Assembly: GCA_964345455.1 (NCBI GenBank)
Contig: CAYFRE010000004.1
Span: 1-41,850, forward strand
Reading direction: 5' to 3'
Source: an uncultured Syntrophomonadaceae bacterium
Lineage (GTDB): Bacteria > Bacillota > Dethiobacteria > DTU022
DNA length: 41,850 nucleotides
The position numbers were made by a program, and so were the translations under genes. The notes beneath the pieces are model-generated. The model made no database searches, was not told the origin of the DNA, and saw nothing but the letters and a program-made list of their open reading frames with translations. Shown piece by piece: positions 34,387 to 41,850 of the stretch (its first letter is position 1; every line of letters starts with the position of its first letter).

Positions 34387-36485
34387 ACTCCCGCCTCACC
34401 TCGCGCCATGGCCTGCTCCAGCTCCTTATTACCGGTCCCGGACAGCTGCAGCAGCAAATTTAGATCACGGCTCTCGCCGGCAGCCAGGTGAAAATCCCAG
34501 CGGGGCAAAATGAGCGACTGCTGGTAGGATCGCTCCAGGCCGGCCTCTGACTGGGAGACAGTCTCTACCGGCATTCGCCAGAGCAGGGCCGGCTGCCGCC
34601 AGGAGAGGATCAGCTGTAGATTGCGCCGCCGGTCAACCAGCGTTATCTCTTTCGCCGCTTCCGCGGCGCCGCTGGAACCGAGGGTAATATCTTCCGGTTC
34701 ATGCCCCGGAATGATGTAGTTAAGCTCTTCGTCCGACCCGGACCGAAAAGCAAAATTGAACTCTACTCCAAAACAGATCGAGGCATTATCTTCCCCCCGG
34801 TTGGCCAGGTGATAGTCTACCCGGAAACTGTCCTCCCCTGCGTAGACGGTCACCGTCTTCTCCAGCAGCAAGAGCGCTGCTCCGTCGAGCCGCCCCTCCC
34901 GCTGAAAGACAATCTGGACACCCTCACCGTTATGACCCTCATCCGCTGACAACCGCTCGATCCGCACTCCGGCCGGCTGCAGCAGGAAGTCGCCGCACTC
35001 CCGGTAGCTACCCTTGCTGAATTCTTCCAGGGTCACGTTTTCTTCAAAAAAATGCTCGATCAGAGCCCCGCGAGGGTAAGGGTCGTAGAAGAGATGATCG
35101 AGTATGCCTTCCTCTTTGACTGCCCGCAGGTGGTGAATCGAGGCAGTCTCTTCCGCAGGCGGTGAAGGTGCCGCCTGCTCCAGGTATTCCTGGTGGTACG
35201 GCTCGGGGCGGCGGGTAAGGGTATCGAGATAATTCACCGCCGCCGGTCTCCATGAAAGCTCCCACAGGCTGCCGCCATGCTGCGGCGCAAGCAGCAGGTT
35301 CAGGCGGTCGGTAAAAAGATAGAGCTCTTCCGCGCCGCTGTAGCTGTAGTCCCCCCGCTGCAGCTCCAGGTATGGCGCGGATTTCATATGGTCGTCGATG
35401 ACCTTTTCGGCCTGCAGCAGCTTCTGCCAGACGGCCGCTCTCAAGAAATTCAGGTAGAGACCGCCGAAGACCCCGTGCCAGTAGGCACAGTTGCACTGGC
35501 CCGCCCAGAGCAGCCGCTGGGCATGCGCGCGGACCTCTCCTTCCGGGAGCTCTGCCCAGCGGCGGCGCACCGCCAGCATCTTCTTATGCATCCGGTTGCT
35601 TTCTGGATAGCGGCTGAAAAAATTACGCCAGAAACCGCCGGACCACTCTTTCATCTCGCGGTAGGACCCCGCCGGCAGGTAAACCGGACCCCGCGGGGGG
35701 AAAAGGCGGCGGTACTCTTCAAAGGTGACTACATTCAACCAGTCGCCCTGCTCCTGCAGCAGGGTAAAGAATTCTTCAAGCCAGCCTTTTTCATAGACCG
35801 ATTCATAGGTCCCCGGCCAGCCGCCAAATTTTTCTCCGTCGTCTGCCAGCACGAAAAGGCGCTGCTCCTGTTCATCCCGCCGCTCCTGGAAAAAAGCAAC
35901 CGTTTCGCCCGGCGCCTTGAAGGGGATCAGGTAGCGCAGCTCTTCACTGATGGGGAATATGTCCAGGGGATAACCATCTTCTTCAGTCCTGAAGTAGTGC
36001 TCCAGATCCGTGTAACCGGCATCCTTGAAGTGAGTATCATCCACGGCCAGGTAATCGATCCCGGCCTCATGGATGGGGCGGGGCAGATGCGGTTCCCAGA
36101 CCCGCTCCGCCAGCCACATTCCGCGCGGCTCCACTCCAAACAGCTCTTGCAAGCGGGTTGTCAGCAGGCGGATCTGGCCAATTTTATCTTCATCCGGGAT
36201 TGCGGGGAGAATCGGCTCATAATAAGCCCCTCCCAGGATCTCCACCTGCCCGCCGGCAGCGAGTTTCTTCAGGCGCCCGATGAACTCCGGTCTGTTTTCA
36301 ACCAGCCAGTCCAGGAGGCTGCCGGAGTAGTGCAGTGCCAGCCTGATACGGGGAAATCTCTCCAGGACATCGATAAACGGCTCATAGGCGCGCGTAAAGG
36401 TCTGCTCAAAAACCTCATCCAGGTTGCCTACAGGCTGGTGATTGTGCAGAGCAAGTACGAAGTAGATCTTTCCGCCATGATCCAT
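34383..36485 (-). CDS. GH57 alpha-amylase/4-alpha-glucanotransferase-type protein (GH57 catalytic domain plus large C-terminal beta-domains)
   Basis: LALHNHQPVGN (region I), WLAERVWEP (nucleophile Glu) and LADDGEKFGGWPG (acid/base Asp). Start is ATG 36485 (GAGGGG RBS). GTG 36506 is less likely. Confidence 0.85.
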   Translation of the reverse strand: MDHGGKIYFVLALHNHQPVGNLDEVFEQTFTRAYEPFIDVLERFPRIRLALHYSGSLLDWLVENRPEFIGRLKKLAAGGQVEILGGAYYEPILPAIPDEDKIGQIRLLTTRLQELFGVEPRGMWLAERVWEPHLPRPIHEAGIDYLAVDDTHFKDAGYTDLEHYFRTEEDGYPLDIFPISEELRYLIPFKAPGETVAFFQERRDEQEQRLFVLADDGEKFGGWPGTYESVYEKGWLEEFFTLLQEQGDWLNVVTFEEYRRLFPPRGPVYLPAGSYREMKEWSGGFWRNFFSRYPESNRMHKKMLAVRRRWAELPEGEVRAHAQRLLWAGQCNCAYWHGVFGGLYLNFLRAAVWQKLLQAEKVIDDHMKSAPYLELQRGDYSYSGAEELYLFTDRLNLLLAPQHGGSLWELSWRPAAVNYLDTLTRRPEPYHQEYLEQAAPSPPAEETASIHHLRAVKEEGILDHLFYDPYPRGALIEHFFEENVTLEEFSKGSYRECGDFLLQPAGVRIERLSADEGHNGEGVQIVFQREGRLDGAALLLLEKTVTVYAGEDSFRVDYHLANRGEDNASICFGVEFNFAFRSGSDEELNYIIPGHEPEDITLGSSGAAEAAKEITLVDRRRNLQLILSWRQPALLWRMPVETVSQSEAGLERSYQQSLILPRWDFHLAAGESRDLNLLLQLSGTGNKELEQAMARGEAGV

Positions 36486-37506
36486 GGTCCCCTCTTCCTT
36501 TCTCACGTAAAAACCGGGCCGCTTCTTCAGGCCGTGTTACGTTGATATAAACTCCGCTGCCCATTTCAAATCCCGCGGCAATGCTTACCCTTGGATGCAG
36601 TTCGATATGCCAGTGATAATGGGGCAGCGGTGAGCTGCGCAAGGGTGCGGTATGCAGGTAGTAATTGTAAGGAGGGTCGCCCAAAGCGTGCGTGAACAGG
36701 CGGAGCAACTCTTCAAGGATCTCCGCCAGCCCCGCCCGTTCCGATTCACCAGTTTCAAAAAATGAAGCTTCATGACGCCGCGGCAAGATCCAGGTTTCAA
36801 AGGGGCTGCGGGCGGCAAAGGGGATAAAGGCGCTGCAGGCGTCGTTCTGAACAATCACCCTCCGGGCGAATTGTCTCTCTTCATCCAGCATCCGGCAAAA
36901 AGGGCAAACCCCTTCTACAAGGTAAGCGCGATGTCCCCGCTCCAGCTCCTGCCGGACAGCGGAAGGAACAAAGGGCAGCGCGATGAGCTGGGAGTGGGGA
37001 TGTTCAATCGAGGCGCCCGCTTCACGGCGGTGATTGCGGAAGATCTGCAAATAACGCAGATGGCGGTAATCCGCCAGGTTCCGGCCGCGCCGGTAATATC
37101 CTTCGATAACCAGATCCATTTGCCGCGGCGGAAAGGTGCCGGGGTGGCGGTTATGCTCCGGGATTTCAACCAGCACTTCATGAGTGCCGTAACCGGGGCT
37201 CAATGCTCCCCCGGAATCCGGTTTCGCCTTTTCACCCAGCGTCACCGCCGGATACTTGTTCGGCACAACCCTGACCCGCCACCCGGCTGTATCCGGGGCC
37301 GCCGTACTGCGACCCAGGGCAAAGAGCTCCGGAGGGGTCATCCGCTCATTCCCGGCGCAAAAAGGACAGCTCTCCACGTAAGCCGGGACAGCGGCGCGGC
37401 CGCTTTCTCCGCCGCCTTCTCCGGCAAAAGCTGCGGGCCTTCTGGAGCGCTCCGTGGCGATGATCACCTGCCGCCCGGAGATGGAATCACGACGAATTTC
37501 AGACAA
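36415..37506 (-). CDS. galT: GalT-family (HIT branch III) hexose-1-phosphate nucleotidyltransferase / possible ADP-glucose phosphorylase
   Basis: Zn motif CPFCAGNE, NKYPA, and active-site EHPHSQL (H-x-H-x-Q). Start is TTG 37506 (MSEIRRD..SGR.VIIA, GAGGTG RBS). The 3' end overlaps the next gene out of frame. Confidence 0.85.
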   Translation of the reverse strand: MSEIRRDSISGRQVIIATERSRRPAAFAGEGGGESGRAAVPAYVESCPFCAGNERMTPPELFALGRSTAAPDTAGWRVRVVPNKYPAVTLGEKAKPDSGGALSPGYGTHEVLVEIPEHNRHPGTFPPRQMDLVIEGYYRRGRNLADYRHLRYLQIFRNHRREAGASIEHPHSQLIALPFVPSAVRQELERGHRAYLVEGVCPFCRMLDEERQFARRVIVQNDACSAFIPFAARSPFETWILPRRHEASFFETGESERAGLAEILEELLRLFTHALGDPPYNYYLHTAPLRSSPLPHYHWHIELHPRVSIAAGFEMGSGVYINVTRPEEAARFLREKGRGDHGSWRKDLLRTCSAQSPACRQPG

Positions 37507-37571
37507 ACAAGGCACCTCGCAACAGAATATTCACCTGAAAACCTGTGCGGCCAGGCCTCCGCCCCGGACTG

Positions 37572-38999
37572 TTAATACGGCTCGGCGTAGGAGACAAAGG
37601 GCAGCTTCAAGGGAGCCATCCCACGGTAGAGAAGGCGATAGCGCCCGGCGGCGCGCTCCCAGTTGTAGTTTTCAAGGACATGCCGCCGCCCGTTGCAACG
37701 TATTCTCTCTATCCGGGCGGGCTCTTCTTCCAGCATCTCCACCATGTTATGCATCGCCGCGGCCAGGGCTTCCGGATCGCGCTTCGGGATCAAGAGGCCG
37801 GTAGCCCCGGTGCGGTTCTCCCCGATATCAATGACGGTATCGTTGATTCCGCCCACCCGGCTTCCGATGGGGATGCAGCCCATGCACATAGCCTCGAGCT
37901 GGACCAGGCCGAAAGGCTCGAAAATCGAGGGGACCAGGCAGAAATCGGCCGCTCCGTAAAACTCGCGGGTCGCCTCGCGATGAAGGTATTCCCGGATCAC
38001 TTTCATCTGGCGGGGATAGCGCGAGGCAAGGCGCTGCGCCTTCGCTTCCAGAAGCGGATCCCCCGCTCCAAGCAGAACCAGGCGGATCTGTTCTGCAGCG
38101 CTGTTTTGAGCTTCCATCAGCTTTTCGAAAGCACGCAACAGGATATCGACCCCTTTCCGCGCTGCATCCATCCGGCCGACATAGAAGAAAAAGGGACCAT
38201 CGGCAAGATCGTTTTCCTCCAGGATCCGGCGGCGCCTCTCCGTTCGTGGCAGTGCGGCATCCCTGAGTTCCTCTGGATTCCAAAATGTGGCATCGGTCCC
38301 GTTCCAGACATAGGTGACCTTGCCCTGGAATGAACTGAAAAAAGAGGCCCATTCCTCATCAAGATAAGTGCGGCTTACCGTGGTCAGATAGTCGCACTGG
38401 TGTGCTCCAAAAGCCTCGATATTGAACATTTCCCCTTCCAGGTAGCGAAGCTCGATCAGTTCCCCCAGGTTGACCTCTCCGAGCTCGCGCGCGGAGATAC
38501 GCTCGCGGCAAAGCCGGTGAATGGTAAAGATGAATGGAATCCGAAAATATTTCTTGACGAGAGAGCCGGCGAAGACGCAGTGCCAGTCGTGAACATGGAT
38601 CACTTCCGGCTTGCGGCCTTCGCGTTTGATCATCAGGTTGATCAGGCCCGGCAAAGCCTTGGTGAAGTGGATCATCTTCTGAATAAAATCCGGGTGAGGG
38701 TGATAAACAGAAGGGCTGTCCAGGACTTCATTGCTCAACAAGAAGATCCTCACCCCGCGGCGGCGGGCCTGGTAGACAGAGACCGGGTGAAGCCTCTCCC
38801 CGACGGTGATTCTAAAATCGGCATATTTATGTAAATCGAATCCGCCATCAGCGGGCCCTTTCCCGGTCAGACCGTGAGAAGGCATAAACAGGTCGACATC
38901 GTCTTCTTTGCTCAAAGCTTCGGCCAGTGAAGTTACGGCCTCGGCGAGGCCGCCCACCCTGATCGGCAGAAGTTCAAAGACAGCCATTCCGATCAGCAT
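37572..38999 (-). CDS. glgA: glycogen/starch synthase (GT-B, archaeal-like GT5 type)
   Basis: The N-terminal FELLPIRVGGLAEAVTSLAEAL resembles the Pyrococcus-type glycogen synthase motif (FE.LP.KVGGLAEA). The C-terminal EPFGLVQLEAM donor-binding motif is present. Start is ATG 38999, or less likely ATG 38984. Confidence 0.85.
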   Translation of the reverse strand: MLIGMAVFELLPIRVGGLAEAVTSLAEALSKEDDVDLFMPSHGLTGKGPADGGFDLHKYADFRITVGERLHPVSVYQARRRGVRIFLLSNEVLDSPSVYHPHPDFIQKMIHFTKALPGLINLMIKREGRKPEVIHVHDWHCVFAGSLVKKYFRIPFIFTIHRLCRERISARELGEVNLGELIELRYLEGEMFNIEAFGAHQCDYLTTVSRTYLDEEWASFFSSFQGKVTYVWNGTDATFWNPEELRDAALPRTERRRRILEENDLADGPFFFYVGRMDAARKGVDILLRAFEKLMEAQNSAAEQIRLVLLGAGDPLLEAKAQRLASRYPRQMKVIREYLHREATREFYGAADFCLVPSIFEPFGLVQLEAMCMGCIPIGSRVGGINDTVIDIGENRTGATGLLIPKRDPEALAAAMHNMVEMLEEEPARIERIRCNGRRHVLENYNWERAAGRYRLLYRGMAPLKLPFVSYAEPY

Positions 39000-39098
39000 T
39001 GATTGAGGCGGCTCCTTTCCACGGTGTATTCCTACCAAAAATCAAGCTTAGGTTTCCCGCGGTAGTCCTTTTTATTCCACCACTGAACCTGAAAAACC

Positions 39099-39110
39099 GG
39101 ATATATATCC
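39099..39110. repeat. 12-nt perfect palindrome GGATATATATCC in the divergent glgA / DUF4912 control region
   Basis: Read directly from the sequence. It lies roughly midway in the 216-nt divergent intergenic region. Confidence 0.5.
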
Positions 39111-39215
39111 TGACGCATAGGGCATAATAGCAGTTGAAATTGATGCTCTCTTTCTTGCATTTATTGCCAATCACAGGGTTATTTTCTTCACCATTTTTAG
39201 CAAGGAGGCGAACAC

Positions 39216-39728
39216 GTGGCCGATCCACAGACAATTTATTTAAACCGCGGCGAGTCCCTGCCGCAGTGCTACGGCGAAGACCGCCTGGTGATTTTGCCCC
39301 GGGATCCCTACAATATTTTTGCTTACTGGGAAATAAGCTTGCCGGCCAGGGAGGCCCTGGAAAAGAGAGTGGGGGTGGAACAGTGGCCGGAGGTCACTTT
39401 TACGCTACGGGTATATAAACATGCCTGGGCCGAAGAAAAAACAGTAGAAAACTATTTTGACCTGGAAGTAGACCGGGAAAGTAATAACTGGTATATTCCG
39501 GTCCCGGACGCGGACCGGTTTTACCATGTCGAACTGGGCTGGAAACTGCCGGAGAGCTCTTTCCAATCGATCCTTCGTTCAAACCTAATCCGCACCCCGC
39601 GTGACGGCCTCAGCGACCTGATCGATGAAAACTGGCAGCTCCCCGACTGGAAAGCGCGAAAGCTTTTCCGCCGGATCTCCATGCACCATCTCAGCTCAGC
39701 GGAATTTTTAAGACGCCGCAAGAAATAA
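39216..39728 (+). CDS. DUF4912 domain protein (conserved partner of GH57 branching enzymes, function unknown)
   Basis: GTG start after AGGAGG. The motifs LP..YGEDR.V.LPRDP...FAYWE and W.IPV.DADR.Y.VELG match my recollection of DUF4912. Sits immediately upstream of the GH57 branching enzyme. Confidence 0.7.
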   Translation: MADPQTIYLNRGESLPQCYGEDRLVILPRDPYNIFAYWEISLPAREALEKRVGVEQWPEVTFTLRVYKHAWAEEKTVENYFDLEVDRESNNWYIPVPDADRFYHVELGWKLPESSFQSILRSNLIRTPRDGLSDLIDENWQLPDWKARKLFRRISMHHLSSAEFLRRRKK

Positions 39729-39785
39729 ACCGGGAACAATCACAATCAACCCGCGTGAACTATCCGAAGGAGGCTCCACCAAAGA

Positions 39786-41417
39786 ATGGCTCAAGGTTTT
39801 CTTGCAATAATTTTACACGCGCACCTGCCCTATGTCCGCCACCCGGAATACGATCATTCCCTCGAAGAAAAATGGTTTTTCGAAGCGATCACCGAATGCT
39901 ACATCCCCCTGCTGATGGTTTTTGAAGGATTGCGCGATGAGGGAATTGACTTCCGGCTGACCTTTTCTCTGTCACCAACTTTGCTGGCGATGTTGGAAGA
40001 CCCTCTGCTGCAGAAGCGCTACCGGCAATACCTGCAGGGTCTGCAAAATCTGGCCCGGCTCGAAGAAGAACGAACCGCCGGTGATGTCTCTTTTGCTCCC
40101 CTGGCCCGGCTCTACCGCTCCCATTTTGACTCTGCCGCAGCCTACTTTGACCGCTACGGCAGCCGCCTGGTCGGCGCATTCCGCAAGCTGGCCGAAGAAA
40201 ACTACCTGGAGCTGATTACCACCGCCTCCACGCATGCCTACCTGCCGCTGCTGCAGCTTCAACCGGAGAGCATTTATGCACAGATCGCCAATGGAGTCCA
40301 GTATCATACGGCGCTTTTCGGAGAGGCTCCGCGAGGGATATGGCTGCCCGAATGTGCCTTTGAACATGGCCTGGAAGATTTCATCGGGGAGCTGGGGATA
40401 CAATACTTTATTACCGCCACGCACGGGGTGCTCTACGCCTCACCCCGCCCAAAATACGGAATCTACAGCCCTATCCTGACCAAAAGCGGCACAGCCGTCT
40501 TCGGAAGGGACGCGGAAACATCCAAGCAGGTCTGGAGCGCGCAGGAAGGCTACCCCGGGGATTACGACTACCGCGAATTCTACCGGGATATCGCCTATGA
40601 CCTGCCGCTTGACTATATCGGTCCACACCTCCACCCGCCGGGCATGCGCAGCGACACCGGCATAAAATATTACCGCATCACCTGCGAAGGGCTGGAATAC
40701 AATGAGCCCTACCGGCCGGAGCGTGCCCGGGAAAAAGCCGCCCTGCATGCCGGAAACTTCATGTTTAACCGCGAGCAGCAGGTCCGGTACCTGTCCGCGG
40801 TGATGGGCCGCCCCCCCATAATCATCTCCCCCTATGACGCCGAGTTGTTTGGTCACTGGTGGTTCGAGGGGCCGCAATGGCTCGATTTTCTCTGCCGGAA
40901 AATCGCTTTTGACCAGCCGCATTTAAAACTGATCACCCCCGGGGAATACCTTGACCTCGGTTACCCGCTGCAGCTGGCTGCTCCCAACCCTTCCAGCTGG
41001 GGTGACAAGGGATATCACGAAGTCTGGTTAAACGGAAGCAACGACTGGCTTTACCGGCACCTGCACAAAGCCGCCGCTGATATGATCGAGCTGGCCACTG
41101 CATATCCCGAACCTGAAGGGCTGCAAAGCAGGGCCCTTCGCCAGGCCGCCCGCGAACTGATGCTGGCCCAAAGCAGCGACTGGCCCTTTATCATAACCTC
41201 GGGAACCATGGTCGAATATGCCCGCAGCAGGGCAGAAAACCACCTGGTTCGCTTCAGGAGCCTGCTGCGCCAGATAAACGAGGGGTCCATCGATGCCGGA
41301 TGGCTTAAAGCATTGGAAGAAGCGGACAATGTCTTCCCGCACCTTGATTACCGCTTATACCAAAATTTCGAAACAACCGTGCCGCATATCTTGGAGGAGT
41401 CGTTTAATCCAGTCTAA
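39786..41417 (+). CDS. GH57-family 1,4-alpha-glucan branching enzyme (DUF1957 type, Thermus/Thermococcus-like)
   Basis: LHAHLPYVRHPE (region I), GIWLPECAF (nucleophile Glu), SPYDAELFGHWWFEGP (acid/base Asp), and a C-terminal helical DUF1957-like domain. Confidence 0.9.
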   Translation: MAQGFLAIILHAHLPYVRHPEYDHSLEEKWFFEAITECYIPLLMVFEGLRDEGIDFRLTFSLSPTLLAMLEDPLLQKRYRQYLQGLQNLARLEEERTAGDVSFAPLARLYRSHFDSAAAYFDRYGSRLVGAFRKLAEENYLELITTASTHAYLPLLQLQPESIYAQIANGVQYHTALFGEAPRGIWLPECAFEHGLEDFIGELGIQYFITATHGVLYASPRPKYGIYSPILTKSGTAVFGRDAETSKQVWSAQEGYPGDYDYREFYRDIAYDLPLDYIGPHLHPPGMRSDTGIKYYRITCEGLEYNEPYRPERAREKAALHAGNFMFNREQQVRYLSAVMGRPPIIISPYDAELFGHWWFEGPQWLDFLCRKIAFDQPHLKLITPGEYLDLGYPLQLAAPNPSSWGDKGYHEVWLNGSNDWLYRHLHKAAADMIELATAYPEPEGLQSRALRQAARELMLAQSSDWPFIITSGTMVEYARSRAENHLVRFRSLLRQINEGSIDAGWLKALEEADNVFPHLDYRLYQNFETTVPHILEESFNPV

Positions 41418-41438
41418 ACGTGGTTCAGAACAGCACTG

Positions 41439-41471
41439 AAAAAAAGGGTACAAAATTTGAATTTTGTACCC
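41439..41471 (-). terminator. strong rho-independent terminator (minus strand); the hairpin could also stop the convergent branching-enzyme transcript
   Basis: On the minus strand, GGGTACAAAATT-ca-AATTTTGTACCC (41471-41446) is followed by TTTTTTT (41445-41439). It lies 29 nt past the + strand GH57 stop. Confidence 0.75.
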
Positions 41472-41526
41472 AACGGTGAAGGAACCAAGCCGGGGTTAAG
41501 CTGGCTTGATATCTTTTTCAAGTATT

Positions 41527-41554
41527 AAAAAAAGAGACAGCTTACGGCTGCCTC
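41527..41554 (-). terminator. riboswitch expression-platform terminator
   Basis: On the minus strand, GAGGCAGC-cgtaa-GCTGTCTC (one G-U pair) is followed by TTTTTTT (41533-41527). Confidence 0.75.
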
Positions 41555-41580
41555 ATCAGGGAGAAATAAATATATCAGTT

Positions 41581-41662
41581 CCTGACCGGCAGCCTGGCAA
41601 TCCTTTACAGGACCCATAGCTTTGCGTCACTGCCTTGCGGCAGTTTTGCCCTTGACGGTTAA
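41581..41662 (-). promoter_or_regulatory. c-di-GMP-I (GEMM) riboswitch aptamer
   Basis: The minus-strand RNA is ACCGUCAAGGGCAAAACUGCC-GCAA-GGCAGUGACGCAAAGCUAUGGGUCC-UGUAAA-GGAUUGCCAGGCUGCCGGUCAGG. It has the GGCAAA element, a GNRA-capped hairpin, the near-invariant GACGCAAAGC, a second hairpin, and an AGG.UGCCGGU 3' segment. In these it parallels the V. cholerae Vc2 aptamer as I recall it. Confidence 0.7.
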
Positions 41663-41674
41663 AGCTCTATAAAG

Positions 41675-41703
41675 ATTATATAATGTTTATGAATAATTTA
41701 CAA
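41675..41703 (-). promoter_or_regulatory. sigma-A promoter driving the riboswitch RNA
   Basis: On the minus strand: TTGTAA (41703-41698), exactly 17 nt of spacer, then consensus TATAAT (41680-41675). The predicted TSS is near 41668, a few nt before the aptamer. Confidence 0.6.
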
Positions 41704-41761
41704 GCTGTCTTTGAAAAAAATTATTAATACAGCCAACGGCCGGCAGATGCATACCGTAATG

Positions 41762-41850
41762 CTATTCACCGCCGACCGGGTAAAATTCAGCCAGCTCCGA
41801 GAGGGTGCCGTTGATTTCATCGACATATTTCACCAGCGGGTGTGGCGGTT
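41762..41850 (-). CDS. possible 3' end of an unidentified gene entering from the right edge
   Basis: This is the only open frame at the edge. It reads ..PPHPLVKYVDEINGTLSELAEFYPVGGE* with TAG at 41764-41762. It is too short to assign. Confidence 0.3.
   Translation of the reverse strand, partial: PPHPLVKYVDEINGTLSELAEFYPVGGE

Noticed and set aside
41415-41522. 35-codon TTG-initiated ORF (MKKISSQLNPGLVPSPLGTKFKFCTLFFSAVLNHV) downstream of the riboswitch terminator on the minus strand
   Set aside because: There is no Shine-Dalgarno sequence. The ORF runs straight through the second terminator hairpin and into the antisense of the branching-enzyme stop. It is most likely fortuitous, though it should be re-examined if ribosome profiling exists.
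41652-41684. Plus-strand promoter-like TTGACG-N17/18-ATTATA/TTATAT
   Set aside because: It overlaps the minus-strand aptamer and promoter. It would fire toward the end of a convergent gene with nothing to express. The minus-strand reading explains the same bases better (consensus -10, aptamer, terminator).
1-41850. CRISPR arrays, tRNA/rRNA genes, prophage or defence-island gene sets
   Set aside because: I found no spaced direct repeats, no tRNA-like T-arm/acceptor patterns and no rRNA-like segments on either strand. Apart from mazEF and the IS21 remnant, I recognised no nuclease, helicase or methylase combinations typical of defence systems.

Overview
This 41.85 kb window looks like chromosomal DNA from a moderately GC-rich, spore-forming Firmicute of the Clostridia or Peptococcaceae type. 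That placement is an inference from gene content (gpr, CotF/CotJC-like coat genes, alr-mazEF, holA/rpsT/gpr synteny). I support about 38 protein-coding genes, most on the minus strand. In window order they are:
- a tldD/pmbA protease pair;
- a cotF-cotF-Mn-catalase coat operon;
- a low-GC island holding a decayed IS21-family element (istA pseudogene, intact istB);
- an M14 gamma-D-glutamyl peptidase;
- gatCAB;
- a CDF metal exporter;
- a C26 amidotransferase;
- alr-mazE-mazF;
- hom-thrB;
- a divergent pair of uncharacterised genes (a Cys-rich protein, and a beta-propeller plus coiled-coil protein);
- CAP, GT-like, LolA-like, nnr and polysaccharide deacetylase genes;
- gpr, a DUF360 protein and rpsT;
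- a transglutaminase-like gene, holA and trkHA;
- a glycogen locus built entirely on GH57 enzymes: archaeal-type glgA, a GalT-like HIT transferase, two GH57 hydrolases, and divergently DUF4912 plus a GH57 branching enzyme.

I found no rRNA, tRNA or CRISPR array.

The most notable non-coding signal is at 41.44-41.70 kb. It is a minus-strand c-di-GMP-I (GEMM) riboswitch-like aptamer with its own near-consensus promoter, an antiterminator/terminator platform and a second tandem terminator. No downstream ORF follows, and the unit converges on the 3' end of the glycogen branching-enzyme gene.

Other points worth a second look:
- the GalT-like gene sits where glgC would be expected and has a 71-nt out-of-frame overlap with the next gene;
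- a 13-nt homopolymer lies inside the M14 peptidase CDS;
- the CDF gene has a structured leader;
- the Cys-rich / propeller-coiled-coil pair is uncharacterised.

All family calls come from reading motifs by eye. No searches were run.
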